Below, one piece after another: positions 1 through 8,158 of a stretch of DNA of 64,000 bases. A model generated the notes under the pieces. That model had not been told where the DNA came from, did no database searches, and saw only the letters and a program-made list of their open reading frames with translations. The stretch spans positions 73,354 to 137,353 of the forward strand of contig MHWY01000002.1 of assembly GCA_001824295.1 (NCBI GenBank). The letters are read 5' to 3'. Source of the stretch: Candidatus Zambryskibacteria bacterium RIFOXYD1_FULL_40_13. Lineage in GTDB: Bacteria > Patescibacteriota > Minisyncoccia > Phycocordibacterales > DATDWN01. The translations under genes and the position numbers were made by a program. Position 1 is the first letter of the stretch. Each line of letters opens with the position of its first letter.

Positions 1-1
1 G

Positions 2-115
2 AGAGAATCTGGTATTAGAGGTTTTATATCAAAAGGAATAAACATTTTGTCCATAAAGGATGTGACTCCGGTGCCACATAATGGACCAAAACCAAAGAAA
101 CCACGAAGAGTGTAA
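2..115 (+). CDS. rpsK: 30S ribosomal protein S11, C-terminal part (partial)
   Basis: Translates [37 protein letters not shown], the S11 DVTPVPHNG motif; lies upstream of rpsD-rpoA. Confidence 0.95.
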   Translation, partial: RESGIRGFISKGINILSIKDVTPVPHNGPKPKKPRRV

Positions 116-177
116 ACGAGTTTATAAAGTCAAAAGTCTATAAAGTTCATAAAGTAAAATCCAAATAAAATAAAACA

Positions 178-786
178 ATGATAATCGGACCAAAATACAA
201 AATAGCTAGACGCCTTGGGGCCCCAATATTTGAGAAAACTCAAACACAGAAATATGCATTGCATTTGGAGCGAAAGGGAAAAAAGCGTGGTTTTTCTAAA
301 GCGAAATCAGAATATGGCTTGCAGATGAATGAAAAGCAAAAAGCCAGATTTACTTATGGTTTATCCGAAAAGCAGTTTTCAAACTATGTTAAAGAAGCTT
401 TGACAAAGAAGACACCCAATACCTCACAAACCATCTATGAGTATTTGGAGTTAAGACTGGATAACGTTTTGTACAGGTTGGGATTTTCTACCACAAGACT
501 TGGTAGTCGTCAGATAGTCTCGCATGGTCACGTAATGGTAAATGGCAGAAAGGTAGATACTCCATCTAGACGACTTATTCTTGGAGATAAGGTTGAAATA
601 ACCCCTCGTTCACTTGCAAAGCCCATATTTAAAGATTTAGATGACAAAATCAGAAATGTTGTTGTTCCATCATGGATAAAGTTTGATTCAGCAAAAAAAG
701 TGGCCGAAATTCAGGGCAAGCCACAGATGGTCAAGACAGAAAATATGTTTGATTTAAACGCTGTTATAGAATTCTATAGTAGATAA
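178..786 (+). CDS. rpsD: 30S ribosomal protein S4
   Basis: SEYGLQMNEKQK, LELRLDNVLYRLG, HGHVMVNG motifs; alpha-operon synteny. Confidence 0.97.
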   Translation: MIIGPKYKIARRLGAPIFEKTQTQKYALHLERKGKKRGFSKAKSEYGLQMNEKQKARFTYGLSEKQFSNYVKEALTKKTPNTSQTIYEYLELRLDNVLYRLGFSTTRLGSRQIVSHGHVMVNGRKVDTPSRRLILGDKVEITPRSLAKPIFKDLDDKIRNVVVPSWIKFDSAKKVAEIQGKPQMVKTENMFDLNAVIEFYSR

Positions 787-856
787 TGTTTTGTTCTGGT
801 CTTGCAAAGTTATGTATATTAATGTAGAATTTATCAATTAATTTTTTAAACAAACC

Positions 857-1813
857 ATGTCTGATTTTACAATTGTATTGCCATCAAAACCCAAAATTGT
901 ATCTGAGGTAGAGTTCAGCGGTTCATATGAAATCGATGGATTGTACCCCGGCTATGGACACACACTAGGAAACTCACTGAGACGTATTATTTTGTCTTCT
1001 CTTCCTGGGTCTTCTGTTACAGCTGTGAAGATTACTGGAGTAGCGCATGAGTTTTCAGTTATTCCTCATGTAAAAGAAGATGTTATTACCATTCTTCTTA
1101 ACTTGAAAAAAATACGATTGAATGTTGTAAGTAATGAGCCACAAATATTATCGCTAAAGGTTAAGGGAGTGAAGGAGGTTACAGCAGGAAATATTAAATT
1201 ATCCGGTGGTGTTGAGGTACTAAATCCAGAATTGGTAATTGCAAATTTGACAGACAAGAACGCAGACCTTGATATGGAAATTACAGTAGAAAAAGGGCTT
1301 GGTTTTGTATCAAAGGAAGTTCTTCAGAAAAACAGAGTAGACATCGGGCAGATAACTCTTGATGCTATTTTCACACCGATAAGACGAGTAAGTTATGAAG
1401 TGGAAAATATGCGAGTTGGTGACAGAACTGACTTCAACCGCCTGAAAATTTTTATTGAGACAGACGGGACAATTACACCAAAGGAAGCACTTGAGAAATC
1501 AATCGAAACAATGATTAATCAACTTAAGGCTATAATCGGTTTCAAGGAAGAAGAGGTTATGGTTCCAGCTGAATCAAGGAAAGCAGGGGAGTCTCACAAA
1601 GTTGACATGGATGACGAGGTTCTAAAGACCCGAATAGAGACCCTTAACCTATCTGCCAGGACACTTAATGCTTTGGCAAATGCAAATATCCGCACTGTTG
1701 GTGGTTTGACACGCAAGAAAGAAAAGGATATTTTGGAAATTGAAGGTTTGGGTCAAAAGGCTTTAACGGAAATTAAGGAAGTTTTGAGTGCTCTTGGAAT
1801 AACACTAAAATAG
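857..1813 (+). CDS. rpoA: RNA polymerase subunit alpha
   Basis: GYGHTLGNSLRRIILSSLPG, VENMRVGDRTDF, alpha-CTD. Confidence 0.98.
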   Translation: MSDFTIVLPSKPKIVSEVEFSGSYEIDGLYPGYGHTLGNSLRRIILSSLPGSSVTAVKITGVAHEFSVIPHVKEDVITILLNLKKIRLNVVSNEPQILSLKVKGVKEVTAGNIKLSGGVEVLNPELVIANLTDKNADLDMEITVEKGLGFVSKEVLQKNRVDIGQITLDAIFTPIRRVSYEVENMRVGDRTDFNRLKIFIETDGTITPKEALEKSIETMINQLKAIIGFKEEEVMVPAESRKAGESHKVDMDDEVLKTRIETLNLSARTLNALANANIRTVGGLTRKKEKDILEIEGLGQKALTEIKEVLSALGITLK

Positions 1814-1822
1814 GATGTATGA

Positions 1823-1947
1823 CCCGGTAGTAGAAAATGACATTGAATAAATTCAAGTAATAAGTAATATGAACAAGTCAACATTAACAACAGATAACCA
1901 TAAAATAACATTTTGCTCGTAGAGCGATGTCATTTTTCACTACCGGG
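1823..1947. repeat. Palindromic element, CCCGGTAG family, copy 1 (long AT-rich loop)
   Basis: Arms cccggtagtagaaaatgacat / atgtcatttttcactaccggg; same termini as 48172-48241 and 57233-57300. Confidence 0.85.
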
Positions 1948-2295
1948 ATGAATCACCACAAAAAAACCAGAAAATTTGGAAGATTAAAAAAAGTCAGAGA
2001 CGAAATGATGAAGTCTCTTGCCCTGTCTCTTGTTTTAAAAGGCAAAATAAAAACAACAGACGCAAAGGCTAGAGAACTTAGACCTTTTGTGGAGAAACTT
2101 GTTAGCCAAGGAAGAATCGGTACGGTCGCATCAAGGAGAGCACTAGTAGCAAAGGTTGGAAATCTCGGTGCTGACAAGATAGTCAAGGATTTATCACCAA
2201 AGTATCTGAAGAGGGCAGGGGGATATACTCGCATAACAAAACTTCCAGCAAGAGTCAGTGACGGTAGTCTTATGGCCGTTATTGAATTTGTATAA
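1948..2295 (+). CDS. rplQ: 50S ribosomal protein L17
   Basis: MNHHKKTRKFGR, KTTDAKARELR, GGYTRITKL; ATG 1948 preferred because ATG 1927 lies within the repeat. Confidence 0.96.
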   Translation: MNHHKKTRKFGRLKKVRDEMMKSLALSLVLKGKIKTTDAKARELRPFVEKLVSQGRIGTVASRRALVAKVGNLGADKIVKDLSPKYLKRAGGYTRITKLPARVSDGSLMAVIEFV

Positions 2296-2304
2296 CAAAA
2301 TTTT

Positions 2305-2649
2305 ATGAAATACACACTTGATGCACAAAATAAGAAAATCGGAAGAGTAGCAACGCAAGCTGCTGTATATCTCATGGGTAAAAATACTCCATCCTTCAAA
2401 CGAAATTTAAACCCAGAAACTGTTGTGGAGATAATAAACGCATCCAAAGCTTCAGTTGCAGAAACTAAAATGGATACAAAGACATATAGTAGATACTCCG
2501 GATATCCTGGAGGATTAAAGCAACCCACAATGAAACAAGTAATCGTAAAAAAGGGGTATTCCGAGATAATGAGAGAGGCGGTTTCAGGCATGATTCCAAA
2601 AAATAAACTTAGAGCAAAAATGTTGAAAAATTTAATAATTACAGAATAA
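2305..2649 (+). CDS. rplM: 50S ribosomal protein L13 (short form)
   Basis: DAQNKKIGRVAT, YSGYPGGLK, GMIPKNKL. Confidence 0.95.
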   Translation: MKYTLDAQNKKIGRVATQAAVYLMGKNTPSFKRNLNPETVVEIINASKASVAETKMDTKTYSRYSGYPGGLKQPTMKQVIVKKGYSEIMREAVSGMIPKNKLRAKMLKNLIITE

Positions 2650-2660
2650 TACATACCAAA

Positions 2661-3062
2661 ATGGAAACAAAGTCAGGAGAAAGATATATAGAAACAGTTG
2701 GTCGCCGAAAGACAAGTGTGGCGCGTGTTCGTATTACACCAGCAACAAAGACCACTTTTTTGGTTAATGAAAAAGAGCTAGAAAACTATTTTCCAACAAA
2801 AGAAATGCAGAATATTGTGAGACAAGCTCTTTCTGATATCAAGGATAAATTCAAAGTCACTGTTAAAATAAACGGTGGTGGAATTCACTCACAGTCTGAA
2901 GCTGTACGACATGGTATAGCTAGAGCCCTAGTAAGCTTCGATTTAGAACTAAGAAAATCACTTAAGAAGGCAGGCTACCTAAAACGAGACCCTCGAAGTA
3001 AAGAGAGACGAAAATTCGGATTGAAGAAGGCAAGGAAGGCTCCTCAGTGGTCAAAACGATAA
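2661..3062 (+). CDS. rpsI: 30S ribosomal protein S9
   Basis: GRRKTSVARV, ERRKFGLKKARKAPQWSKR. Confidence 0.98.
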   Translation: METKSGERYIETVGRRKTSVARVRITPATKTTFLVNEKELENYFPTKEMQNIVRQALSDIKDKFKVTVKINGGGIHSQSEAVRHGIARALVSFDLELRKSLKKAGYLKRDPRSKERRKFGLKKARKAPQWSKR

Positions 3063-3071
3063 AGTCTTCTC

Positions 3072-3257
3072 CACATCATGATTTATAGACACGCATAAAC
3101 CCCTATTGGGGTTTTGCTATTCTCGTCGATCAAGAAAACAATCTTCCTCGACACTGGCACTCTCGCAAACTCGGCTTTGCCTCAAACAATGCTTCGTGCT
3201 GACGTGCCTCGTCGTTGTTTTCTAATTGACTGCGAAATGTCTATAAATCATGGTGTG
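3072..3257 (+). ncRNA. Putative structured RNA or MITE-like element, copy 1
   Basis: 20-bp terminal stem; core shared with 7265-7470, with compensatory changes in the stems. Confidence 0.6.
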
Positions 3258-3280
3258 TCGAATTGATGAAATTAAATAAG

Positions 3281-3335
3281 GAAAAACCGCCAGTCGTGTG
3301 TGACTGGGGGATTTCCCCAGCGCCACGATGGCGGT
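3281..3335 (-). terminator. Long bulged hairpin + U tract closing cassette; repeat of 3750-3806
   Basis: Minus strand: accgccatcgtgg...cacgactggcggttttt. Confidence 0.7.
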
Positions 3336-3496
3336 TATATGTTGAGGCTCCCATTTGCCCGAAGGGCAGTCTGCGCCTCCTGTGTACTTCGAAGTGTTTT
3401 TTCCCACTCGTGGTATCTCTTGAGCTGTTTCTCGAGCCGTTTGACCTTTCTCTCGAGTTGCTCTCTCGTCAACCTCTTCTTTAGTACTATTGCCAT
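3335..3496 (-). CDS. Small basic coiled-coil hypothetical protein, 53 aa (not in ORF track)
   Basis: MAIVLKKRLTREQLERKVKRLEKQLKRYHEWEKHFEVHRRRRLPFGQMGASTY*; SD GGGAGG upstream. Confidence 0.7.
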   Translation of the reverse strand: MAIVLKKRLTREQLERKVKRLEKQLKRYHEWEKTLRSTQEAQTALRANGSLNI

Positions 3497-3509
3497 GCCT
3501 TCCTCCCGG

Positions 3510-3686
3510 TTATTCTGTTGGGTCGCTATCGTCGCTCATCCCAAAGATGAACGACCCACACGGGCACGTCGGCCATTCGGCCAAAGCCCCTTCGGGCTGT
3601 GTCTTTGGGAGCTGACTGTGTTCCTCCTCGCTGAACTTCTTGCCGCAGGTCATGCAGTGGTAGATGGTCTTGATTACCTTCGACAT
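3510..3686 (-). CDS. Small putative zinc-ribbon protein, 58 aa (not in ORF track)
   Basis: MSKVIKTIYHCMTCGKKF...WPTCPCGSFIFG...; SD GGAGG and TTGACA...TAAATT promoter upstream. Confidence 0.75.
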   Translation of the reverse strand: MSKVIKTIYHCMTCGKKFSEEEHSQLPKTQPEGALAEWPTCPCGSFIFGMSDDSDPTE

Positions 3687-3749
3687 GGTCGGTACCCTCC
3701 ATTTATCAATTTACCACCATTTAATACTCTGTCAATCAGATTTTATATA

Positions 3750-3806
3750 GGAAAACCGCCAGTCGTGCTAGGCTGGCGGAATTCCGCACAGCGCCACGTT
3801 GGCGGT
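3750..3806 (-). terminator. Long bulged hairpin + U tract closing cassette; repeat of 3281-3335
   Basis: Plus strand ggaaaaccgccagtcgtg...cacgttggcggt; same outer stem as copy 1. Confidence 0.7.
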
Positions 3807-3816
3807 GTTGGTCTGA

Positions 3817-4062
3817 CTAGACCTTGAAGGTGAACCTATAGTTACCAAATCTCACGGACGACCATGCACCCTCACCCTCGAGGTACCGTCGCCTCACCTC
3901 TGCGATCACTCGCTCTGTCGGGAGCGTGTTGATGTTGACCATGTACTCTGTCTCTCCCGGTCGGAACAGGCTCTCGAGTTTACTGTCGATCTCCACCTCT
4001 AACGAGGTGGCAACCCGCATCTCTTCGTCGGTCAGCTTCAAATCTCTCGGCTTGAGCGCCAT
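3817..4062 (-). CDS. Hypothetical protein, 81 aa (GC-rich cassette)
   Basis: ORF with SD AAGGGGGTG and a TTGACA-17-TATTAC promoter. Confidence 0.75.
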   Translation of the reverse strand: MALKPRDLKLTDEEMRVATSLEVEIDSKLESLFRPGETEYMVNINTLPTERVIAEVRRRYLEGEGAWSSVRFGNYRFTFKV

Positions 4063-4159
4063 ATGGCACCCCCTTTCTTCTTCCTAAGTAATAGCACATA
4101 CCTTTGTATCTGTCAACTATTTTTGAATACTTTAAATACTATGTTAAAATACACACAAC

Positions 4160-4771
4160 ATGACAGATGAAGATAAAAAAGATATTGAAAATAACGACAT
4201 TTTGGCGGAAGAGCCAGAAATAGACACCGACCCTGGAGACGATGTGGTGTTTGAGGATAACACAGAAGTTACAGGAGCTGATTATAAGATTAAAACGGAC
4301 AAACTTCGTACTAAAATAAAAGAATTGGAAAAGAAAAATGCTGAACTCCTAGATGGCTGGCAGAGGGACAAAGCTGAATTCGTTAATGCTAGAAAAAGGG
4401 ACGAAGAGCAGAAAATGGAGTTTTTGAAGTTTTCAAAGGCGGATATTATTGCTGAACTTCTCGCAGTTTTGGATTCTTTTGAATCTGCGTTTAAAAATAA
4501 GGAAGCCTGGGAAAAGGCAGACAAAAATTGGAGAATGGGTGTAGAATACATCCACACTCAACTCATGAACATAATGACTCAGAATGGTTTGAAGGTTGTA
4601 AACCCAGTGGGGGAGAATTATGACCACAATAGGGATGAGGCGGTAGAGACAGTAAAAGTTGACGACGAAAAAGATAATGATAAAATATTGGACGTAATAC
4701 GGGTAGGGTATGAGTTACATGGTAAAGAAATAAGGCCACCAAAGGTAAAAGTTGGACATTATGAAAAATAA
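4160..4771 (+). CDS. grpE: Nucleotide exchange factor GrpE
   Basis: KAEFVNARKR, LLAVLDSFE, GYELHGKEIRPPKVKV; upstream of dnaK. Confidence 0.95.
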   Translation: MTDEDKKDIENNDILAEEPEIDTDPGDDVVFEDNTEVTGADYKIKTDKLRTKIKELEKKNAELLDGWQRDKAEFVNARKRDEEQKMEFLKFSKADIIAELLAVLDSFESAFKNKEAWEKADKNWRMGVEYIHTQLMNIMTQNGLKVVNPVGENYDHNRDEAVETVKVDDEKDNDKILDVIRVGYELHGKEIRPPKVKVGHYEK

Positions 4772-5069
4772 TATTTTAATAACACAGCCGATTGGGAGTT
4801 TCGTACAAAGAATAATCCGAGACAAGAACGGGCAACTTGTTCGTGCTACTTTTTGTGTGTACGAATGTTCTGGGCACATCAAAGCTCGCCTTATAACTGC
4901 TGAACTTATTCAGGAGGTATTACCATATAAGAAAATCTTTGCTTTGGCTGGTTTCGTTCAGAAGGAATTCAGAAACTGGATTTTAAATGTGGGTAAAGTT
5001 GTCTCACCTTATTTTAGTTTAAACACATTATTCTTCTCAGGCTCTAAGCCAAGAGCACCAACTTTTTAA
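4761..5069 (+). CDS. Hypothetical protein coupled to grpE, ends KPRAPTF
   Basis: ATG 4761 overlaps the grpE stop; 102-aa open frame. Confidence 0.65.
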   Translation: MKNNILITQPIGSFVQRIIRDKNGQLVRATFCVYECSGHIKARLITAELIQEVLPYKKIFALAGFVQKEFRNWILNVGKVVSPYFSLNTLFFSGSKPRAPTF

Positions 5070-5079
5070 TAAATGAGAA

Positions 5080-5105
5080 CGCCGAGAACGATGGCGTTCT
5101 CGGCG
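5080..5105 (-). terminator. GC hairpin closing cassette
   Basis: Perfect 11-bp stem cgccgagaacg-atgg-cgttctcggcg. Confidence 0.65.
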
Positions 5106-5108
5106 AGG

Positions 5109-5300
5109 TTACTTCTTCGTGACGGGGAACAGTCGAAGTGTCATGGAATCTTCGGGAGTTGCCGGCCAAGTGTTTGGACCGAGCATCAGCATACCGCCAG
5201 GCCCGCCGGCAACCCTCAACACTTTTGCGAGGATTCGGGCCTCTTCTGAGGTTTCTGTGATGAGCAGAACGTCATCTACGGTCTCTTCGATCAGCTTCAT
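5109..5300 (-). CDS. Hypothetical protein, 63 aa (GC-rich cassette antisense within the dnaK cluster)
   Basis: MKLIEETVDDVLLITETSEE...; SD TAAGGAG; TTGACA-17-TATTGT promoter. Confidence 0.72.
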   Translation of the reverse strand: MKLIEETVDDVLLITETSEEARILAKVLRVAGGPGGMLMLGPNTWPATPEDSMTLRLFPVTKK

Positions 5301-5369
5301 GTGCACACTCCTTACTAAACAATATAACATTATATAATAATTGTCAATTATAAATTTAAACTAAAAATT

Positions 5370-7271
5370 ATGAGTAAAACAATTGGTATAGATTTAGGAA
5401 CAACAAACTCTGCCGTGGCCATAATGGAGGCAGGAAATCCAAAAATATTAGAAAATGCAGAGGGTGCTAGAACAACACCTTCCATTATTGCTGTCTCCAA
5501 AACTGGAGAAAGAATTGTTGGTCTCTTAGCCAAGAGACAGGCAGTAACAAATCCAAAGAACACAATCTTTGGTATAAAGAGATTTATTGGTCACACATTT
5601 GATGATGAAGGTGTGCAGAAGGACAAAGCCGTAGTGCCTTTTGAGGTGCTTAAATCAACAACTGGTGGGGTGAAGGTAAAAATGTCAGATAAGGAATACA
5701 CACCAGAGGAAATTTCAGCAATGGTTCTTTCAAAAATCAAGGCGGATGTTGAAGCAAAGATTGGTGAGAAAGTTACAGATGCAATCATTACAGTACCTGC
5801 ATACTTTAACGACTCCCAAAGACAAGCCACAAAGGATGCTGGTGCTATTGCGGGGCTTAATGTCCTCAGAATCATAAACGAACCAACAGCCGCCGCACTT
5901 GCCTATGGATTTGATAAGGGCAAGAAGGAAGAAAAAATAGTTGTCTTCGACTTTGGTGGTGGTACATTTGATGTTTCTGTCTTGGAGGTTGGAGATGCTG
6001 TTGTGGAGGTAAAATCAACAGATGGAGACTCACACATGGGAGGCAAGGATATTGACCAAAAGATTATAAACTTCCTAGCAGATGAATTCAAAAAGGAGTC
6101 CGGAATTGATTTGCGAACCGATACTCTTGCATTACAGAGACTAGATGAATCAGCGGAGAAAGCAAAGATTGAACTTTCCACGGCCATGGAGTCAGAAATA
6201 AATATTCCATTTATCACATCAGACGCATCTGGGCCTAAACACCTACTCATTAAACTAAGTCGAGCAAAACTTGAAGAACTAACTAGTGAATTTATTGACA
6301 GAGCAATGGCTATCACAAAAAGGGCTATGGAGGCTTCTGGATTTGCCGTATCAGATATACACGAAGTTATCCTCGTCGGTGGTCAAACTCGTATGCCAAA
6401 AATGGCAGAGAAGGTCAAGGAGTACTTTGGGAAAGAACCAAACAAATCTATTAACCCCGATGAGGTTGTGGCTCTCGGAGCGGCTATACAGGGTGGTATC
6501 CTTGCAGGAGATGTGAAAGATGTCCTGCTCCTAGATGTTATACCATTGTCGCTTGGTATAGAGACAATGGGAGGGGTTGCCACAAAACTTGTAGATAGAA
6601 ATACCACTATTCCAGCCTCTAGATCACAAGTTTTCTCGACCGCAGCCGATAATCAAACTTCTGTAGAGATACATATTGTGCAAGGAGAGAGAGCTATGGC
6701 TTCGGACAACAAGTCTCTTGGAAGGTTTATCTTAGACGGGATTCCACCTGCACCACGAGGAATGCCACAAATTGAGGTCTTATTTGACGTGGATGCAAAC
6801 GGTATTTTGTCAGTAAAGGCAAAGGATAAGGCTACAAGCAAAGAGCAGTCAATCCGCATTGAAGCACGCTCAAGTCTGTCAAAAGAAGAAATAGAAAAGA
6901 TGCAAAAAGATGCAGAAATGCACGCCCAGGATGACTTGAAGAAAAAAGATTTGGTTGAAGCTAAAAATATAAGTGAACAGCTTATCTACACCGCCGAGAA
7001 ATCGCTTCGTGATGCTGGGGAGAAAGTACCAGCTGAGCTTCGGGTTTCTATCGAAAACAAAGTTACAGACCTTAAGAAAATAAATGATGGAGATGATATG
7101 GAGGCAATTAAGAAAGCCACAACAGAGCTTTCCACAGAGCTTTCCAAAGTAGGGGAGATAATAAACAAAGCCGCACAGGCCGAAGGAGCGAAGAGCGACG
7201 GAGGTGCCGGCACTCAGCAGAGTGACGACAAGGTACGTGATGCGGATTTTGAGGAGAAGAAGGCGGAATAG
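5370..7271 (+). CDS. dnaK: Chaperone DnaK
   Basis: [27 protein letters not shown]. Confidence 0.99.
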   Translation: MSKTIGIDLGTTNSAVAIMEAGNPKILENAEGARTTPSIIAVSKTGERIVGLLAKRQAVTNPKNTIFGIKRFIGHTFDDEGVQKDKAVVPFEVLKSTTGGVKVKMSDKEYTPEEISAMVLSKIKADVEAKIGEKVTDAIITVPAYFNDSQRQATKDAGAIAGLNVLRIINEPTAAALAYGFDKGKKEEKIVVFDFGGGTFDVSVLEVGDAVVEVKSTDGDSHMGGKDIDQKIINFLADEFKKESGIDLRTDTLALQRLDESAEKAKIELSTAMESEINIPFITSDASGPKHLLIKLSRAKLEELTSEFIDRAMAITKRAMEASGFAVSDIHEVILVGGQTRMPKMAEKVKEYFGKEPNKSINPDEVVALGAAIQGGILAGDVKDVLLLDVIPLSLGIETMGGVATKLVDRNTTIPASRSQVFSTAADNQTSVEIHIVQGERAMASDNKSLGRFILDGIPPAPRGMPQIEVLFDVDANGILSVKAKDKATSKEQSIRIEARSSLSKEEIEKMQKDAEMHAQDDLKKKDLVEAKNISEQLIYTAEKSLRDAGEKVPAELRVSIENKVTDLKKINDGDDMEAIKKATTELSTELSKVGEIINKAAQAEGAKSDGGAGTQQSDDKVRDADFEEKKAE

Positions 7272-7470
7272 TTTTCTTAATTTAGAACACGTATAAATCG
7301 TTGGTACGATTTTACTATTCTCGTCAATCAAGAAAACAATTTTCCTCAGTGCTGGCCCTTTCGCAAACTCCTCGTTGATTACAACTTCGTCAAACAGTGC
7401 TTCGGGCAGGCGCACTTCGTCGTTGTTTTCTAATTGACTGCGAAATGTTCTAAAATTAAGAAACTATTCC
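7265..7470 (+). ncRNA. Putative structured RNA or MITE-like element, copy 2
   Basis: 25-bp terminal stem overlapping the dnaK stop; core shared with 3072-3257. Confidence 0.6.
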
Positions 7471-7480
7471 TCTGGTAGGA

Positions 7481-7533
7481 AATACGCAAAAACCCACCAA
7501 CGAAAGTGGACTAGTGCGTCCAGTGTTGGTGGG
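7481..7533 (-). repeat. 53-bp direct repeat, terminator-like hairpin, copy 1
   Basis: aatacgcaaaaacccaccaacgaaagtggactagtgcgtccagtgttggtggg. Confidence 0.9.
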
Positions 7534-7542
7534 GGGTGGTTG

Positions 7543-7707
7543 TTAGAGTTTCTTCGCGAGACTCTTTTCGAGCCATGATAGTGTAAGGAACACTGTCCCC
7601 ATCACACCACCAAGACCAATGCTCTTGGCGAAGGTGACTCCGAAACCCATACTGATAACACAGACGAGAGCGCCGAGTACCAGGCTTGCGATAGCCGATC
7701 TCTTCAT
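7543..7707 (-). CDS. Small membrane protein, 54 aa (not in ORF track; replaces the 7511..7744 call)
   Basis: MKRSAIASLVLGALVCVISMGFGVTFAKSIGLGGVMGTVFLTLSWLEKSLAKKL*; SD GGAGG; two hydrophobic stretches. Confidence 0.75.
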   Translation of the reverse strand: MKRSAIASLVLGALVCVISMGFGVTFAKSIGLGGVMGTVFLTLSWLEKSLAKKL

Positions 7708-7752
7708 GCAGGTCCTCCAAAATAAATAATATATCAGGAATCACAAATAAAC

Positions 7753-7804
7753 AATACGCAAAAACCCACCAACGAAAGTGGACTAGTGCGTCCGTGTTGG
7801 TGGG
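7753..7804 (-). repeat. 52-bp direct repeat, terminator-like hairpin, copy 2
   Basis: Identical to 7481-7533 except a 1-nt indel. Confidence 0.9.
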
Positions 7805-7808
7805 TAGA

Positions 7809-8024
7809 CTACTTCAGGCTAGTCATTTTCCGAAGACGGTTGATGACGGCCTTGCCGCAGTAATTATCAGGCTCTGTCCGGTACCACAGGTTCGTCGATA
7901 CCGTGGATTTCTTGAAGCCTCTTTTCCGTAGCTGGGTCTCCACTTCCTTACGTGTGGCTGGGCCAAAAGGCCCATCGTTTCCCCAAATTGTTCCCGTGTA
8001 GTTCACGACATACTTGGTCTCCAT
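7809..8024 (-). CDS. Hypothetical protein, 71 aa (GC-rich cassette)
   Basis: TTGACT-17-TATTAT promoter, SD TAAGGAGG, ATG. Confidence 0.78.
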   Translation of the reverse strand: METKYVVNYTGTIWGNDGPFGPATRKEVETQLRKRGFKKSTVSTNLWYRTEPDNYCGKAVINRLRKMTSLK

Positions 8025-8158
8025 CTGTGCCTCCTTAACTAATAATACACCAAATAGTTAAGATAGTCAAGTGCAATAATTATCAAAAAATAGTATTATA
8101 AATTCTGAATTATTTGTAGCCATTCGTTGATTCGTATAATTCGCATATTCGTATCTTT

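Noticed and set aside
3222-3827. ORF-track calls 3222..3407(-), 3263..3484(+) and 3300..3827(+)
   Set aside because: Shadow or off-frame calls over the two SD-led minus-strand genes (3335-3496, 3510-3686) and their hairpins
4080-5370. CIRCE/HrcA operator for grpE-dnaK
   Set aside because: No TTAGCACTC-N9-GAGTGCTAA found
7511-7744. 77-aa ORF from the track
   Set aside because: No SD and runs into the repeat; the 54-aa frame at 7543-7707 has GGAGG and a coherent membrane sequence
7481-7804. Direct repeats as a CRISPR array
   Set aside because: Only two 52-53-bp copies, a ~220-bp gene-containing spacer, and no cas genes
3281-8070. Classical integron attC array
   Set aside because: No canonical RYYYAAC/GTTRRRY box arrangement, cassettes carry their own promoters, and no intI in the window; kept only as an analogy
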